DNA from: the human T2T-CHM13v2.0 reference genome, Homo sapiens
Strand: one strand, 5' to 3'
NCBI RefSeq assembly: GCF_009914755.1
Contig: NC_060938.1
Length of the DNA: 64,000 nt
Both the position numbers and the translations under genes were made by a program. The notes beneath the pieces are model-generated. The model did no database searches and had not been told where the DNA came from. It saw only the letters and a list, made by a program, of their open reading frames with translations. Shown here in pieces: positions 50,687 through 64,000 of this stretch. How positions within the stretch are numbered: position 1 is the stretch's first letter; each line of letters starts with the position of its first letter.

Positions 50687-53297
50687 AATATTTCATTATG
50701 CGTATATATACTGCATTGTCTTTATTCATTTGTTAATGGACAGTTCAATTAATTCCATATCTTGGCTATCGTGAATAATACTGCAGCAAACATGAGAGTG
50801 CGGGAATTTCTTTGACATACTGATTTCCATTTTTTAGGATATGTGGGATTGCTGGATCATATGGTAGTTCTATTTTTAGTTTTTTGAAGATATTCATACT
50901 GTTTTCTATAATGTCTATACTGATTTAAATTTCTACCAACAGTGTATGAGTTCCCTTTTCTCTGCATTCTCTCTAGTATCTGTTTTGGTTTTTTGTTATT
51001 GTTATTTTTTGTTTGCTTTTTTGGTAATAGTCTTTCTAACTGAGGTGAGATGATGTCTCATTGTGGTTTTGATTTGAATTTCCCTGATGATTAGCTATGT
51101 TGAGCATTTTTCCATACACCTGTTGGCCATTTGTATGTCTTGTTTTGAAAAATGTCTATTCAACTCATTTGCCCATTTTTAAATTGGATTATTTGTTGTT
51201 TTGCTGTTGAGATGTTTGAGTTCCTTGTATATTCTGGATATTAATTCCCTTGTTGAATGAATAGTTTGCAAACATTTTCTCCCATTCTGTAGGTTGTTTC
51301 TTTACTCTGTTGATTGTTTCCTTTGGTGTGCAGAAGCTTTTTAGTTGAATATAATTTCATTTGTCTATTTTTTGCTTTTGTTGCCTGTGCTTTTGCGGTC
51401 TTCTCCATAAAATGTTTGCCCAGGCCAATGTCTTGAAACTTTCCCCTATGTTTTCTTCTCATAGTCTCATAGTTTTGGGCATTACATTCAAGTATTTATC
51501 CATTTTAAGTTTATTTCTGTATATAATGAGAGATAGAGAACTAATTTTATTTTTCTGAATATGTGTATTCAGTTTTTCCAGCACCATTTGTTGAATAGAT
51601 TGTTCTCTCCCCAGTGAATGTTCTTGGCACCTTTGTCAAAAAACAGATGCCTGTGAATACGTGGATTTATTTCTGGGTTTTTTATTCTGTTCCACTAATC
51701 TATGTGTCTGTTTTTATGCCAATACCATGCTGATTTGGTTGCTATACCTTTGTAGTATATTTTGATGCCAAGTAATGTGACTTCAGCTTTGATTTTTCTT
51801 TTTTAAATTTTTTAGCTTAAGTTTGCTTTTACTACTGGGATCTTTTGTGGTTTCATGTGAATTTTAGTATTTTTTTTTCTATTTCTGTGAAGAATGTCAT
51901 TGGTATTTTGATAGGGATTGCATTGAATCTGTAGCTCACTTTAAGTAGTGTGGCTATTTAACAGTATTAATTATTCCAATTTGTGAACATGGAATGTGTT
52001 TCAATTTTTTGTCTTCTTTTCAATTTCTTTCATGAGTGAAAAAATTTATCATTACTTTGATGGCAAATCTGCTGGCAATAAATTCTCAGGGCATTTATTT
52101 TCTGAAACTGCCTTTATTTTATCTTCAATTTTGAAGAAATTTTTCATTATGTACAGAATTCTAGGATGGTGATTATTACCTCAACATTTTAAAGAATGCA
52201 TTACTTTGTCTTTTGGCTTCTATCCTTTTGGTTACTTTTGCTCTTTTGAAAACAGTGCTTCCCCCTCCCTTTTGGCTGCTTTGAATGTCTTTTTGTCTTT
52301 GAGTTTTGTTTGGTTTTTAGTAGTTTACTCTGATTTATCTAGGTGTGGTTTTCTTTGTATTTATCCTACTTGATGTTCTTAGGTAGTCTGCAGTCTGTGG
52401 CTTTTGTTCATTTTTGGAAAATTATCTGTCACTATCTAATTAAATATTTCACCTGCTACATTTGTCTTTCTTCTCTTATAACTCCAACTGCACAAGTGTT
52501 CAATCTTTTGCCATGTCTCATATTGTACATTCTTTCTCCTACCTTGTTTCAATCTGGATTATTTTTTACTGATATATCTAGCAAATCACTATCTCCCTTT
52601 TCTTCTGTATTTAATCTTCTTTTTTACCAATCTATTGTATTCTTAACTACAATATATATATTTTTTGCATTTGTTAAGTCCGTTCTATTTTTCTTTTAAA
52701 TAAGTATGAGTCTCTGGTAAAAGTTTGTATTTTGCCTTTTATCATTTAGAACATATTAATCACAGTTGGTTTAAGCCTTTATCTCATAACTTCCTGAATC
52801 CCTTGTGCATCTATTTCTATTTTTTCTCGTTGATTCTGTTTCCTAATATTTTTTAATTGAATGTTGAATATTGTGTAAAATATGTTATAGAGGATCCATA
52901 TGATGTTATACATGTCACATAATTCAGTCAGGGACTGATCTGATTCAAGGCTTGGGTTCAGTCACTGTAAGGTTTGACCTACTTCTAGCGTGTCCCTATT
53001 TCTGGGGTGTAGCTCTTCAATGAATCCCAAAGCTTTGAGTGTTTATCAAAGAGCTCTGCCTTGGCAGGTCCTGAACTCCAATTGTAGTCTCCTTTGTACT
53101 GGGGAACTACTGCTAATGATTCTGCTAATGTCTCATCTTTTAAACCTTCACTTTCTGTTTGTAATCTTCACTTTTAGGTTTGTACTACTTGTGAATGCCT
53201 CCAGGAAAACAACAACAATAACAACAGTAGAGAATGCCTGGCTCATATCAATATGTTTTTCTTTCCTCTGGAATTTTAAGCCTCAAAAGCTGGCTGC

Positions 53298-56160
53298 TGG
53301 GGAAGATGGTGGATAGGAAGCACCAGGAATCTGTCTCCTCACTTAAACAGCTGCATTGCAGAGTCTGTCTGATGTGACTATTGTTGAACTCCAGAGTCTA
53401 TTGAAAGCTTACAACTTCCAGGAAAAGGCTGGAAAAGACAATGAAGCAGTAACAATTGTCACACCACCCCCCCACTGTTCCAAGCCCCTGCCCCTTTGAC
53501 TGAAATGACTTCCAGGGGATTTAAAGTGCCAGTGTCCTTCCTCCCTCTGTATTTTTCTATTTTGCTCTTTTACTCCTTATGGGAACAAGATATTAAAGAC
53601 TAGGACAACTAAAAAGACCTACATAAATTGAGTAAATTAGACAGTGACTATATATGCCCAGGAAAAGTTTCAGAAAAGACAATATTTTAGATTTATATCT
53701 TAGGCTAATTCTCAGCACAGAGTCATCCTTCATGAATCAAAAAAAAATTGAGATAATAAAAATAATAACACAAATAGCAAACCTTGAGGAAGAGAAAGAA
53801 TCTGCTTTTCATAGGTACAATATTATTAGATTCAAAAGTCCAATTTTCAACCAGAAAAATCATAAGTCATACAAAGACACAAGAAAGTATAGCCTGTTCA
53901 AAAGATCAATCAATTAGCAGAAAATGTCCCTAAAAAAGATCTGATGGCAGATATACTAGACAAAGACTTTAAAACAACTGTCTTCAAGATGTTCAAAGAA
54001 CTAAAAGATGTGAAGAAAGTCAAGAGAACAACATATGAACAAAATAGAAATATTAATAAAGAGATAGAATACTTCAGATAACTATATGTATTTATTTGCA
54101 TATATAATCAAAATATTAATAAAGAGATGAAATACCTACAGAGAAATATTTCAGTTTTTCCAGCACCATTTATTGAAAATACAAAATGTTTCTCTGCAGG
54201 TATTCTCTTTATTGATATTTCTATTTTGTTCATATGTTGTTTATTTTCTCTACATCTTCTGTATATATAAAAGTATACATATGTATTTCTCTGTAGGTAT
54301 TATTTATATTAGATATATATTTCTCTGCAGGTATTCTATCTCTATTAATATTTCTATTTATAAATATTTAAAATATTTAATATATATTAATGGAGCTGAA
54401 AGTACAATTGAAATAAGTTTACTAAAATGATTCAAAGGTAGATTTGAGCAGGTAAAAGAAAGAACCAGTGAACTTGAATATAAGACAACAGAAATGATCA
54501 AGTTTGCGGAATAGAAAGAAACAAAATTTAAGAGAATTGACCAGAGCCTAAAAAGACCCATGGGACATCATCAACTGAACCAATATACACATTGTGGGAG
54601 TTTCAGAAGGAGAAGAGAGAGAATGGGCAGAGAAAATATTTGAAAAAATAATGGCTGAAAACTTCACCAAATTTGATAAAAGACATGAAAATATACATCC
54701 AAAAAGCTCAACATACTCTAAATAAGATGAACTCAAAGAGACCCACACAAGAGACAATCAAACTTTAGAAATGCAAAAACAAAGAATCTTGAAAGCAACA
54801 AGAAGAGTGAGTTATCATATACAAAAGATTCTCAATACGATTATCAATAAATTTCACATTAAACACTTTGGAAGCTAGAAGGCAGTGGGCAAATACATTC
54901 AAATTGCTAAAGTTAAAAAAAAAACCTGTTAGTCAACAATGCTAAATCTGGCAAAACTGTTCTTCAAAAGCGAAGGAGAAATTAAGACATCTCCAGATCA
55001 ACAAAAGTTGAGGGAGTTTATTATCACTAGATCTGCTTGTAAAAAATGCTCAAGGAAGTCCTGCAGGGTGAAATAAAAGAAATAGTAACTTGAAGCTGTA
55101 TGAAAAAATAAATACCTCAATAAAAACAAATACATACGCAATTATTAAATCTAGTGTTTTTGTAAAAACAGTTCATAACTCATTTTTTCTTTTCTACATA
55201 TTTAAGAGACAATTGCATTTAAAAGAATTATTAGTTTATGTTTTTGGGAACACAATATATATTTTGTGACATCAACTGAAAGGGGTAAGGATGAAGCTTT
55301 AAAGGACAGAGGTTTAGTATATCATTGGGGTTAAGCTAGTACAGGTACAATATTATTAGATTCTAATTTAAATTAGAGTGTTATAACTTTAGTATGTTAA
55401 CTGTAATTCCCATGGTACTACAAAGAAAATAGCTATAGAATATATGCCCCAAAATAAGAATAGAACCTAAACATTTCACTACAAAAAATCAACTAAACAC
55501 AAAAAGAGACAGTAATGCAGAAAATGAGCAACAAAAGGCTACAAGACATATAGAAACAAATATCAGAATGATAGAAGTTAGTCCCTCCTTATCAGTAACT
55601 AAAAGTAAATGAATTAAACCATCCAATCAAAAGACAGAGATTGACAGAATGAATAAAAACGATGATCTAGCTCTATGCTATCTGTAAAAGACTCCCTTTA
55701 TATCCAAAGACACAAATACAATAGATTGAAAGTGAGAGGGTAGAAACAGATATTTTATGAAAATAGTAACCAAAAGGGAGCACAATGGCTTTACTAATAT
55801 CAGACAAAACAGAGTTTAAATCAAAACAGATTACAAGAGACAAAGAAGGACATCACATATTAATGAGTTTTAATACAGCAAGAAGATACAATTTACACAT
55901 CTAATTATAGACCATCAAAATGCAATAATAGCTGCAGAATTCAATATCTCACTCTCAATAATGAATAGCACAATCAGACAGAAGGAAAGAGAAATAGGAG
56001 ACTTAACACCATAAACCAACTAGATCTAATAGACATTTATAGAATATTCTAGTCAACAACAATAGCATACATACTCTTCTCAAATATACACGGAACGTTT
56101 TCTAGGATAGACAATATGTTAGGCCACAATAAATCTTACTACATTTAAAAAGTAATCACA
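53298..56160 (+). mobile_element. L1MC/MD-type LINE 5' half: 5'UTR, ORF1, ORF2 endonuclease start (ATG ~55568); 3' end missing
   Basis: aagatggtggataggaagcaccaggaatc 5' end; ORF1 (gacccatgggacatcatcaa, gcagagaaaatatttgaaaaaataatggctgaaaacttc); EN (ccaatcaaaagacagagattg, caagagacaaagaaggacat, taggatagacaatatgttaggccacaa). Confidence 0.85.
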
Positions 56161-56417
56161 CAAAGTTGTTCCTCAGATTGAAATCAATACTGCAGTTTGG
56201 CATCATCCTGCTGCTTGGAGTCCTATTGATAGTAGCCTCAGTAAAATGCTGTGTGAGACAATATGAATAGATTTGATCCCAGCTTCATTTTTTTTCCATT
56301 ATCCTACTCAGAGTACCCAGCTTCTATGATTCAGATTAATCATAGTGGCCAACAGAGTTGTACATTAATGAGATATTTACCAAAAGCTAAGACAGTGTGG
56401 AAATTATAAGTGGATAT

Positions 56418-56850
56418 TGTTGAGTGACAGTTCTCCATGAGTCCCTTGCATTTCTGCATATCTATGAATGAGACACTGACTGCCTTCAGTTTCATATTAT
56501 CTTTTTTGTTTGTGTAGCAAATAGCTTTGGGAGATAGAGATAGCAACTTTCTTTGGATCAAAAAGCAGGCATGCTTATTGCTCATTATTTAAGATTTAGG
56601 TTCCCTCAGCTCAGGGTTTCTCTCCTGTAACACAACACACTGCATGTACAGATATCCATTTGGGACCATCTCCATCACTCCTGAAGAGTTTTGGGCCAGA
56701 GGATATGTTGATGCTTATGCTGCTTGCTGTACCATGAATTAAAAAGTCCCTTGTCTTTGACCCAGGAGTCTCAGGTCTTCTGAAATTTTAGTAAGCTAAC
56801 TTGTCAACTTGTAAGTAGAGTAAATCTCAGACCATATAGAATTTTTGACA
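56418..56850 (+). mobile_element. ERVL-class solo LTR (LTR47-like)
   Basis: TG...CA bounded; gacagttctccatgagtcccttgcatttctgca, ggttccctcagctcagggtttctctcctgtaac, tgacccaggagtctc. Family name from memory. Confidence 0.65.
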
Positions 56851-57034
56851 TCTACTGAAATTAAAAACCCATTTTTACTGCAGTATCTCCCACCACCTTT
56901 GCAGCATAAAGAATAGCTGGAGTAACACTTTTCAAAGATGCTGGCAGTTTCTCTACAAAAAATGATATATTTTCACTGTCTAATTGAAAGAATTCCCTCC
57001 TAATCCCTCTTACAGGACATATTTAAAAGGACAG

Positions 57035-57415
57035 TGTCTCAGTCAATTTTCTGTTGCTACAACTTAATACATGAGACTGGGTAATTCATACATATGTAAA
57101 AATTATTTTGTACAGTTCTGAAGGCTGGGAAGTCCAATATCAAGGTGCCAACATCTAGTGAGGGCCTTCTTTCTGCATCATAATATGGCAGAGGGCATCA
57201 CATGGCAAAAGGGCAAGAGCATGCCAGTTCAGGTCTCTCTTCCTCTTCTTATAAAGTCATAAAGCCACCAGTCCCCTCACGGGTGCCCCACCTTAATAAC
57301 CTTATCTCATTCTAATTACCTCCCAAAGGGTTTACTTCCAAATGCCATTAACATATGAATTTGGGGATAAAGTTCCCAACATATAAAATATGGGAGATAC
57401 ACTCAACACATAGCA
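57035..57415 (-). mobile_element. MSTC/MSTD MaLR solo LTR
   Basis: tgtctcagtcaattttctgttgctac...cagttctgaaggctgggaagtccaatatcaaggtgcca...cacatagca; perfect 5-bp TSD gacag at 57030-57034 and 57416-57420. Confidence 0.9.
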
Positions 57416-57749
57416 GACAGTGCGTAAATAGTCCATAGTAAGTCCCTTTTCTAAGTCTTTGGATTCTTTCCTCTACATTATTCTGAGGAACTACTGGCAT
57501 TTTAACATATTTTATCCTGGGCCATAACTGATTCCAGGTTTCAGCTCTTCAACTATGCAAACAATTATACCATGCCAAGTTGCTCTAGCTAGCACATTGC
57601 ATCTCTGACCTAAATTTGTGTATCTACAGATTTGGCTCATGTGAAAATTATATTCTACCCTCCTTGGTCCGGTTCCTCAAAAGCTATACCTGGACACATT
57701 TCTACATTTTGCTTATATATGTTAACAATATCTTTCATATCTCTTTCTG

Positions 57750-58060
57750 GATTTGACTCGTAATTGGCCTTCTGACACCAATCTCAGAGGCTTTCCAGGT
57801 CCCATAGGAAGAGCAGCTTTCTTCAGTTTTCTGCATATGTTCTGGTTTTGAGCTTTGTTGGCTCTGGTTAGTCACAATGTAAAAATCCTGTTTATTTTCT
57901 GTTTTCCAGAAATTTCTCAAATATTTGGTACACTCCTGACTTCTCCCTATTCTCAGAGCTGTTAATGAAGTTAGTCTCCTTTGTAAGTCTTTCAGTCATC
58001 TCGGCAGGTTGGGTAGGGAGGTGAACTTACACTCAGTTTGCCATTTTTTACCTGGAAGTC
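57750..58060 (-). mobile_element. Ancient L1M/HAL1-like 5' end
   Basis: Ends ctcagtttgccattttttacctggaagtc, the typical antisense start of ancient L1-class elements. Confidence 0.45.
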
Positions 58061-58064
58061 TCTA

Positions 58065-59505
58065 TTCAGTTTTCAGTCTAATACTCTACTAGTGAAAGTC
58101 ACCTATGCACCACAGGTTGCCAAATCTAACCAGTCTATTCTGGGCCTATTTTACTTGATCTTTCTGGAATTTGATATTGTTGATCATTCTTTTCTAGAAA
58201 ATCTCTCATTTTTTGGCTTCAAATATTTGATACTTTCCTGGTCTTTTTTTTTTTCCAGGCTGTTTTTATAAGAGTCCATGTTCACTTGTAATCTCTGAAA
58301 TGCTGGTGTTACCAAGTTTCCATCTTTGTTCTTCTCTTTTCTGTTTTTAGGGTTCTCCCAGAGGTGGGAGAAAAACCATGCCTATAGAGGAATAAGACTA
58401 AAATAGGAATTAGACACCTCATTAACAAGCCTGTAGAACATGAATCAATTACTTAATAATTTCCATCTAGAAACTCATGCCTAACCAAACAATATAAGGA
58501 CATGTTTCAGCATGCAAAGACTGCCACAGCCATTAATATAGTCTGTATGCTTATGACTTCCAAATGTATAAGTTCAGGCCAGACCTTGACTCTAGAGTTC
58601 CTCACCTATTCAGTGACCTGTTGAATAACTCCATCTGGATATCTCAAATCTGTTTAAACCTAGTACGTTCAAAATTGAGCTAAACAATCTGCCTGATAAA
58701 ATCTGTTCCCTGAATTGTACCCTTTATCTTAGCAAGTTATACCACTATTCACCTACAAAACTTTTAGTGATTGCCAAATTCTTCCTTTCCCAATCTCCAA
58801 CACTAATCAGTAACCAAATCTCAGTTCTGTCTATTGACCATTTCTTGTAGACATTCTTTTTTTATTTCTCTATTGCTCCCTTAATTTATTGTTTAAATCA
58901 TTTCCTGTTTGGCCTCCCCACTTCCAATCTTGACATACTCAAGACCCTCCCCTAGACTGTGGCCACAATGAACTTTCTACAAAGTAAATGTAGCCCTGTC
59001 TTTACCTTTATTAAGAGACTCAGTGGTTTCTCAGTTCTTACAGGATAAAACCCCAACTCCTTAGTTTCATTATCTCTCTTCTGACCATCTTCCCCTTCTT
59101 CTTACTATTATCCAGTTCATTTTTTTTCCTGCTCCAACTATACTAAATCATATTGTACTTGTAGTACTCTAGTGCTGTTCCATTCTTCCATATTTTTACT
59201 CCCACTGCCAAAAATGCTGTTTCCATTGTTGATGATATACTAATCATCCTCCAAGACACATTGGAGCATCAATGTTTCTAAGGAAAATTTTCTGAAACCC
59301 TATGCAACTCTGTCATTTGGTACAAATATCTATTTATGTTTTTTATTCCCCTTGTGTGCCCTGGAAATACCTGCTAACGTGCCTGTTCTCTATCAGACTG
59401 AGGATTCCTTAAAAGCATGGACCATGTCTTGCTTATATTAATATAATCAACAGGGCATTTAGCACAGTCAATATTTCTAAATGAATGAATAAATAAGTGA
59501 ATAAA
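58065..59505 (+). mobile_element. L2 LINE, long fragmented copy with 3' end
   Basis: aaagtcacc...ttgccaaatctaac; tgacttccaaatgtataagttcaggccagacct...ctccatctggatatctcaa; ends aatgaatgaataaataagtgaataaat. Confidence 0.8.
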
Positions 59506-59579
59506 TAAAACCTTATTTAGTATCCTCTGTTCTGAATGATCCTTCTCCAAACTCAACTATTATCCTTAAGCTATTGCCT

Positions 59580-60700
<1,121 letters not shown>

Positions 60701-62214
60701 ATCTCCCCACTTCTACCCTCAGCTACCCATGAGTAGATCAGGAATTGGAAAAGTAGGAGATCCAAAACCACATATCCCAAACATTCCAGGAGAGTCCTCA
60801 TTTCCAATATTCTGTCCCCTTGTTGTTCTGACTGCTTAGATTCTTTGGAGACCAAGTGACCCACATTTTGGTGTGGAAAATTCTATGCATTTTGTTCAGC
60901 TATTGACTTGCCCCCACCCCACACTCACACACCAGGAGAAAAGACTAGGTGGTAAATTACATTTTGCTTTCAATTTTCTTTAGCAGTGATTCTTGCATTG
61001 TCAAGATTTTGTATGGCACATGCTGTACAAATGGATATGCACTGATGTTTGGTAACTGAGGCACATTTAAATGTGCACGTTGGCTTTTTGGGAGAGAGCC
61101 TGCACTGCTTCTTCATTTGTTTCATAATTTCATTAGTAATTATGCATAACAAATGTGACCCTCTGGTGAAAAATGATGATAGGGATAGAAACATGTTATT
61201 AATCCTTAAGGGAAGCTTTGAAAAAGGTCAAGGTTAGTTAGTGTCTACAGTTAAATTAGCCTCTGGAAGTTTACATATAAATAGAAACAAACAGGGAATC
61301 TCAAGGACCTCTTGGGCAGTTGGAAGTGGAAGGAAAAGAAGCAGTAATTAAGTTTCCTTTGTCATCAACTACTTCCACTTCCCAGATAAATGATCATAAA
61401 TTACTAGAATGTGTCTTAACTTTTAGCACTGTGAAGCCATGAAAAGCTCTCTTTCTTGACTTGATTTAGAAATTTGGCTTAGATAACTGGAAAGTAGGAG
61501 ATCCCTAGATTCAAACCTCTGTCTTTCTTTGACTCATAAACAAACTTTCTAAATGAATCAGAGTAGAAGAAGATGCTTAAACATGCTGGCGTAACTGTTA
61601 ACTTTGCCATTTTTGCTAAAAGGATAACGTATATTTTCCAACATTATATTTAATTTCATTAGCTACTGTTGCTTTTTGGGAATCTACATATTATACATGA
61701 AGATAAACATTCTCCCTGTGATAAGGCTGTGTTTATAAACTGGATTTAGGATGAAAGAATACGCTAAACTGATGTGTTTTCATTGCAGGGTTAATGGTGC
61801 TTTACTAATCCCCTTTCTGTGGGCCAGCAAGGCTCAGGCATTTGAGCATTTTTGGTGACTGTCATATATTTGCCTTCTTGAGCATTGTAACAGGAGGAAG
61901 CCCTCTCTCTTGCACAGGAATGTGAAGAAATGATGCCCCTCCTCTTCCTGGAATGGAACTTGTGTGCAATAAAAATAAAACATACATGGACTTCTCCAAG
62001 CTTACTACTGAAGTTTGAATAAAAACTATTTGTCCCTTTAATAGCTGAACAATTTATGCAGGGGATCCTGTCTTTTTTTTTCTTCCTACTGTGGATGTGG
62101 GTGTCTTCTACACTGAGGAGGAGGGAAAGTGAGTCTACTTCTATGTTGAAAAAAAGCTCACTGCCAGGGCAGGCTTTTCCCTTCTTCTCAGGAAAGAAAT
62201 GAAGACTTAACTAA

Positions 62215-62640
62215 AATATATTGTTAAATATTTTAAAGCTACAGAAAGGCATAGGAATTATGTAATGAACACCCAAGTACACAGTATCCAGCTAATGAGA
62301 TCAATCAATGCAATATGGTGGAAAACCCTATGCACATCCCCATTGTATTTCCTTCTAACACATACCCCCATCCTTCCTTTGCCTTCCAGAGGCAAGTCTT
62401 TAAGTTTTGTCATACATTAAGGCATCTCTAAACAAACAAACAAATAAAAATAGTGTCCTTTACAGTTTTTAGACAATGTAAATAGAATCTTGCTGTATAT
62501 ATGTATTCTTTTGCAACTTGCTCGTTCTGTGTTTTAGTTTTATCCATGTGGATAACATTTTATCGTGAGTTTTATCACACATGCTGCTCGATTACATAAT
62601 TTCCACTATATGTTGGATAGGAATAGCACAATTTATCTCT
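62215..62640 (-). mobile_element. L1ME-type 3' end
   Basis: taatgaacacccaagtac...tgtatatatgtattcttttgcaacttgct...tttatccatgtgga...tagcacaatttatc. Confidence 0.65.
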
Positions 62641-63349
62641 TCCCAGAAGTCCTTCTTTCCTCCTGAACAGACAAAGAAATACTTGGAGTATTAATGGGAC
62701 CCTCAGATGGCAGAATTCATAGCAAATACAATATCCACACCTAAGAGAGATTCTCACAAAGAGAACATGTCAAGAAAATGCATGCTAGATGGTGCTTTTG
62801 TAGTTCTACTTTCCGCCTTTAGTTATATTGTATCTTCTTTTGCATGTATTCTGAGGTATATTTCTTTAGTCAGGTGAATTTACTCTTCCTACACATCACA
62901 TTGAGTGTTTTAAATACTGAAATAAAAAACTGAGACCTGTTGTAACCTAATGTTCTTCATGGACCAAAATTGTCTAGTATGTGAGGGCATGTCTGGGTGC
63001 TTGTCTTAGTGTGTCTTTAGCCTCAGAGGAAGCAGGACTAGGTGGGGAGGGTTTGACGAGGCCAGGAGAAGCTTGCCTTGTGAAGTGGCAGGATCCAGGA
63101 AATTTCAGAAAGGCTGCTATTGACAGGGCTGGGGTGTCTTTTCTCCTTCGATCTTAGATCTCTTACTCAATGGCAGAATGCAAGAGCCTAGCAAGGTTCC
63201 ATAATGGCGAGGCTACCTCCTGGTTTTAAGGAATGAATTAACAAGTGCATTGGGCAAGGTCATGGGTTGCTGACTCCTAGGCCTGGTTTCTATTTTCTAG
63301 ACCTTCTGTCTTCTGCTACTTCTACAACTGTTAGTCATTTTCTTATCTC

Positions 63350-63920
63350 TTCTGCTGCGACCTCAGTAAGCCTACAGATTTTGATCTACCGAAAAGTGTT
63401 TATTAAATCCTGCTGAGTCTTCTTTTGAAATGCCCCTTATCAACATCCCATCCCTTCCACATCACTCCCCAGCCCCTCAGTCATCACTTCACACCGGGAT
63501 GGCTGGCATGGGCTCATAGCTGACTAGGTGAGGCATCCCCCTCCTGCCTAAGTCATCCTACATGCCAAAGTTATTCTTCTTCCTCAGACACTCTTATTCC
63601 ACAGATCACTGGTCTCCAAACCATCAAAGATTCCCATTTTCTCAAATATCAAATCTAAGCTTCTGTTCTGAATTTTCCAGACCCATAATTTTGTCCATCC
63701 TGCTGATTCTTACTTCCTGTTATTTCTTTGCTACCCAACTTCAGCTCTAGTTTGCCTAATCTCTCTCAGATCCATCAATATGCCATTCCAATGCCTCTCT
63801 CTGATGATACTGCTTTCCACTCCTGGAATACTTACCTTCAAACCATTCTTTCATTCATTTGTAACATATATATTAAGGGCCTTGTATGTGCTAAATCCTA
63901 GGCTTCTAAGATCAAGATTT
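63350..63920 (+). mobile_element. L2 fragments
   Basis: ttaaatcctgctgagtct...ggctcatagctgactagg...ttccactcctggaatactt; short antisense L2 tail (tcattcatttgtaacatatattaag) at the end. Confidence 0.55.
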
Positions 63921-64000
63921 TTTTTACCTCAACTTTTTTTTTTTACTACCTCATCTCTATTAATCTCTTTCTTTTTATTAGTCTTAACCACTTTAAACAT

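Overview
Non-coding simian primate (human-like) genomic DNA: AT-rich, CpG-depleted, with AluJ, AluS and AluY SINEs. I find no protein-coding exon, CpG island or RNA gene, and the ORF track is explained by repeats or chance. The only gene-derived sequence is a decayed RPS3A processed pseudogene (~19.0-19.7 kb). The rest is a layered mosaic of MIR, L2, CR1/L3, L1M/L1PA, MaLR/ERVL LTRs and DNA transposons (MER3, MER33, MER94, MER5A, MER1B, MADE1, a near full-length HSMAR2), with a few repeat-free blocks that may be regulatory. The most unusual signal is a series of short rearrangement scars inside old repeats, recognisable because they interrupt the expected consensus: a ~315-bp patchwork of direct and inverted local copies in an L1 ORF1 (54.07-54.39 kb), a double fold-back hairpin in an MLT1H (38.9 kb), a 42-bp inverted copy taken from ~790 bp away (25.2/26.0 kb), a 21-bp copy from 1.5 kb away (55.3/53.8 kb), a snap-back (48.5 kb) and a micro-inversion (50.1 kb). 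These resemble templated-insertion repair (Pol theta/SD-MMEJ or template switching). I cannot support a new biological system; whether the scar density is exceptional needs a genome-wide background. Repeat subfamily names come from recalled consensus sequences, and boundaries of ancient repeats are approximate.
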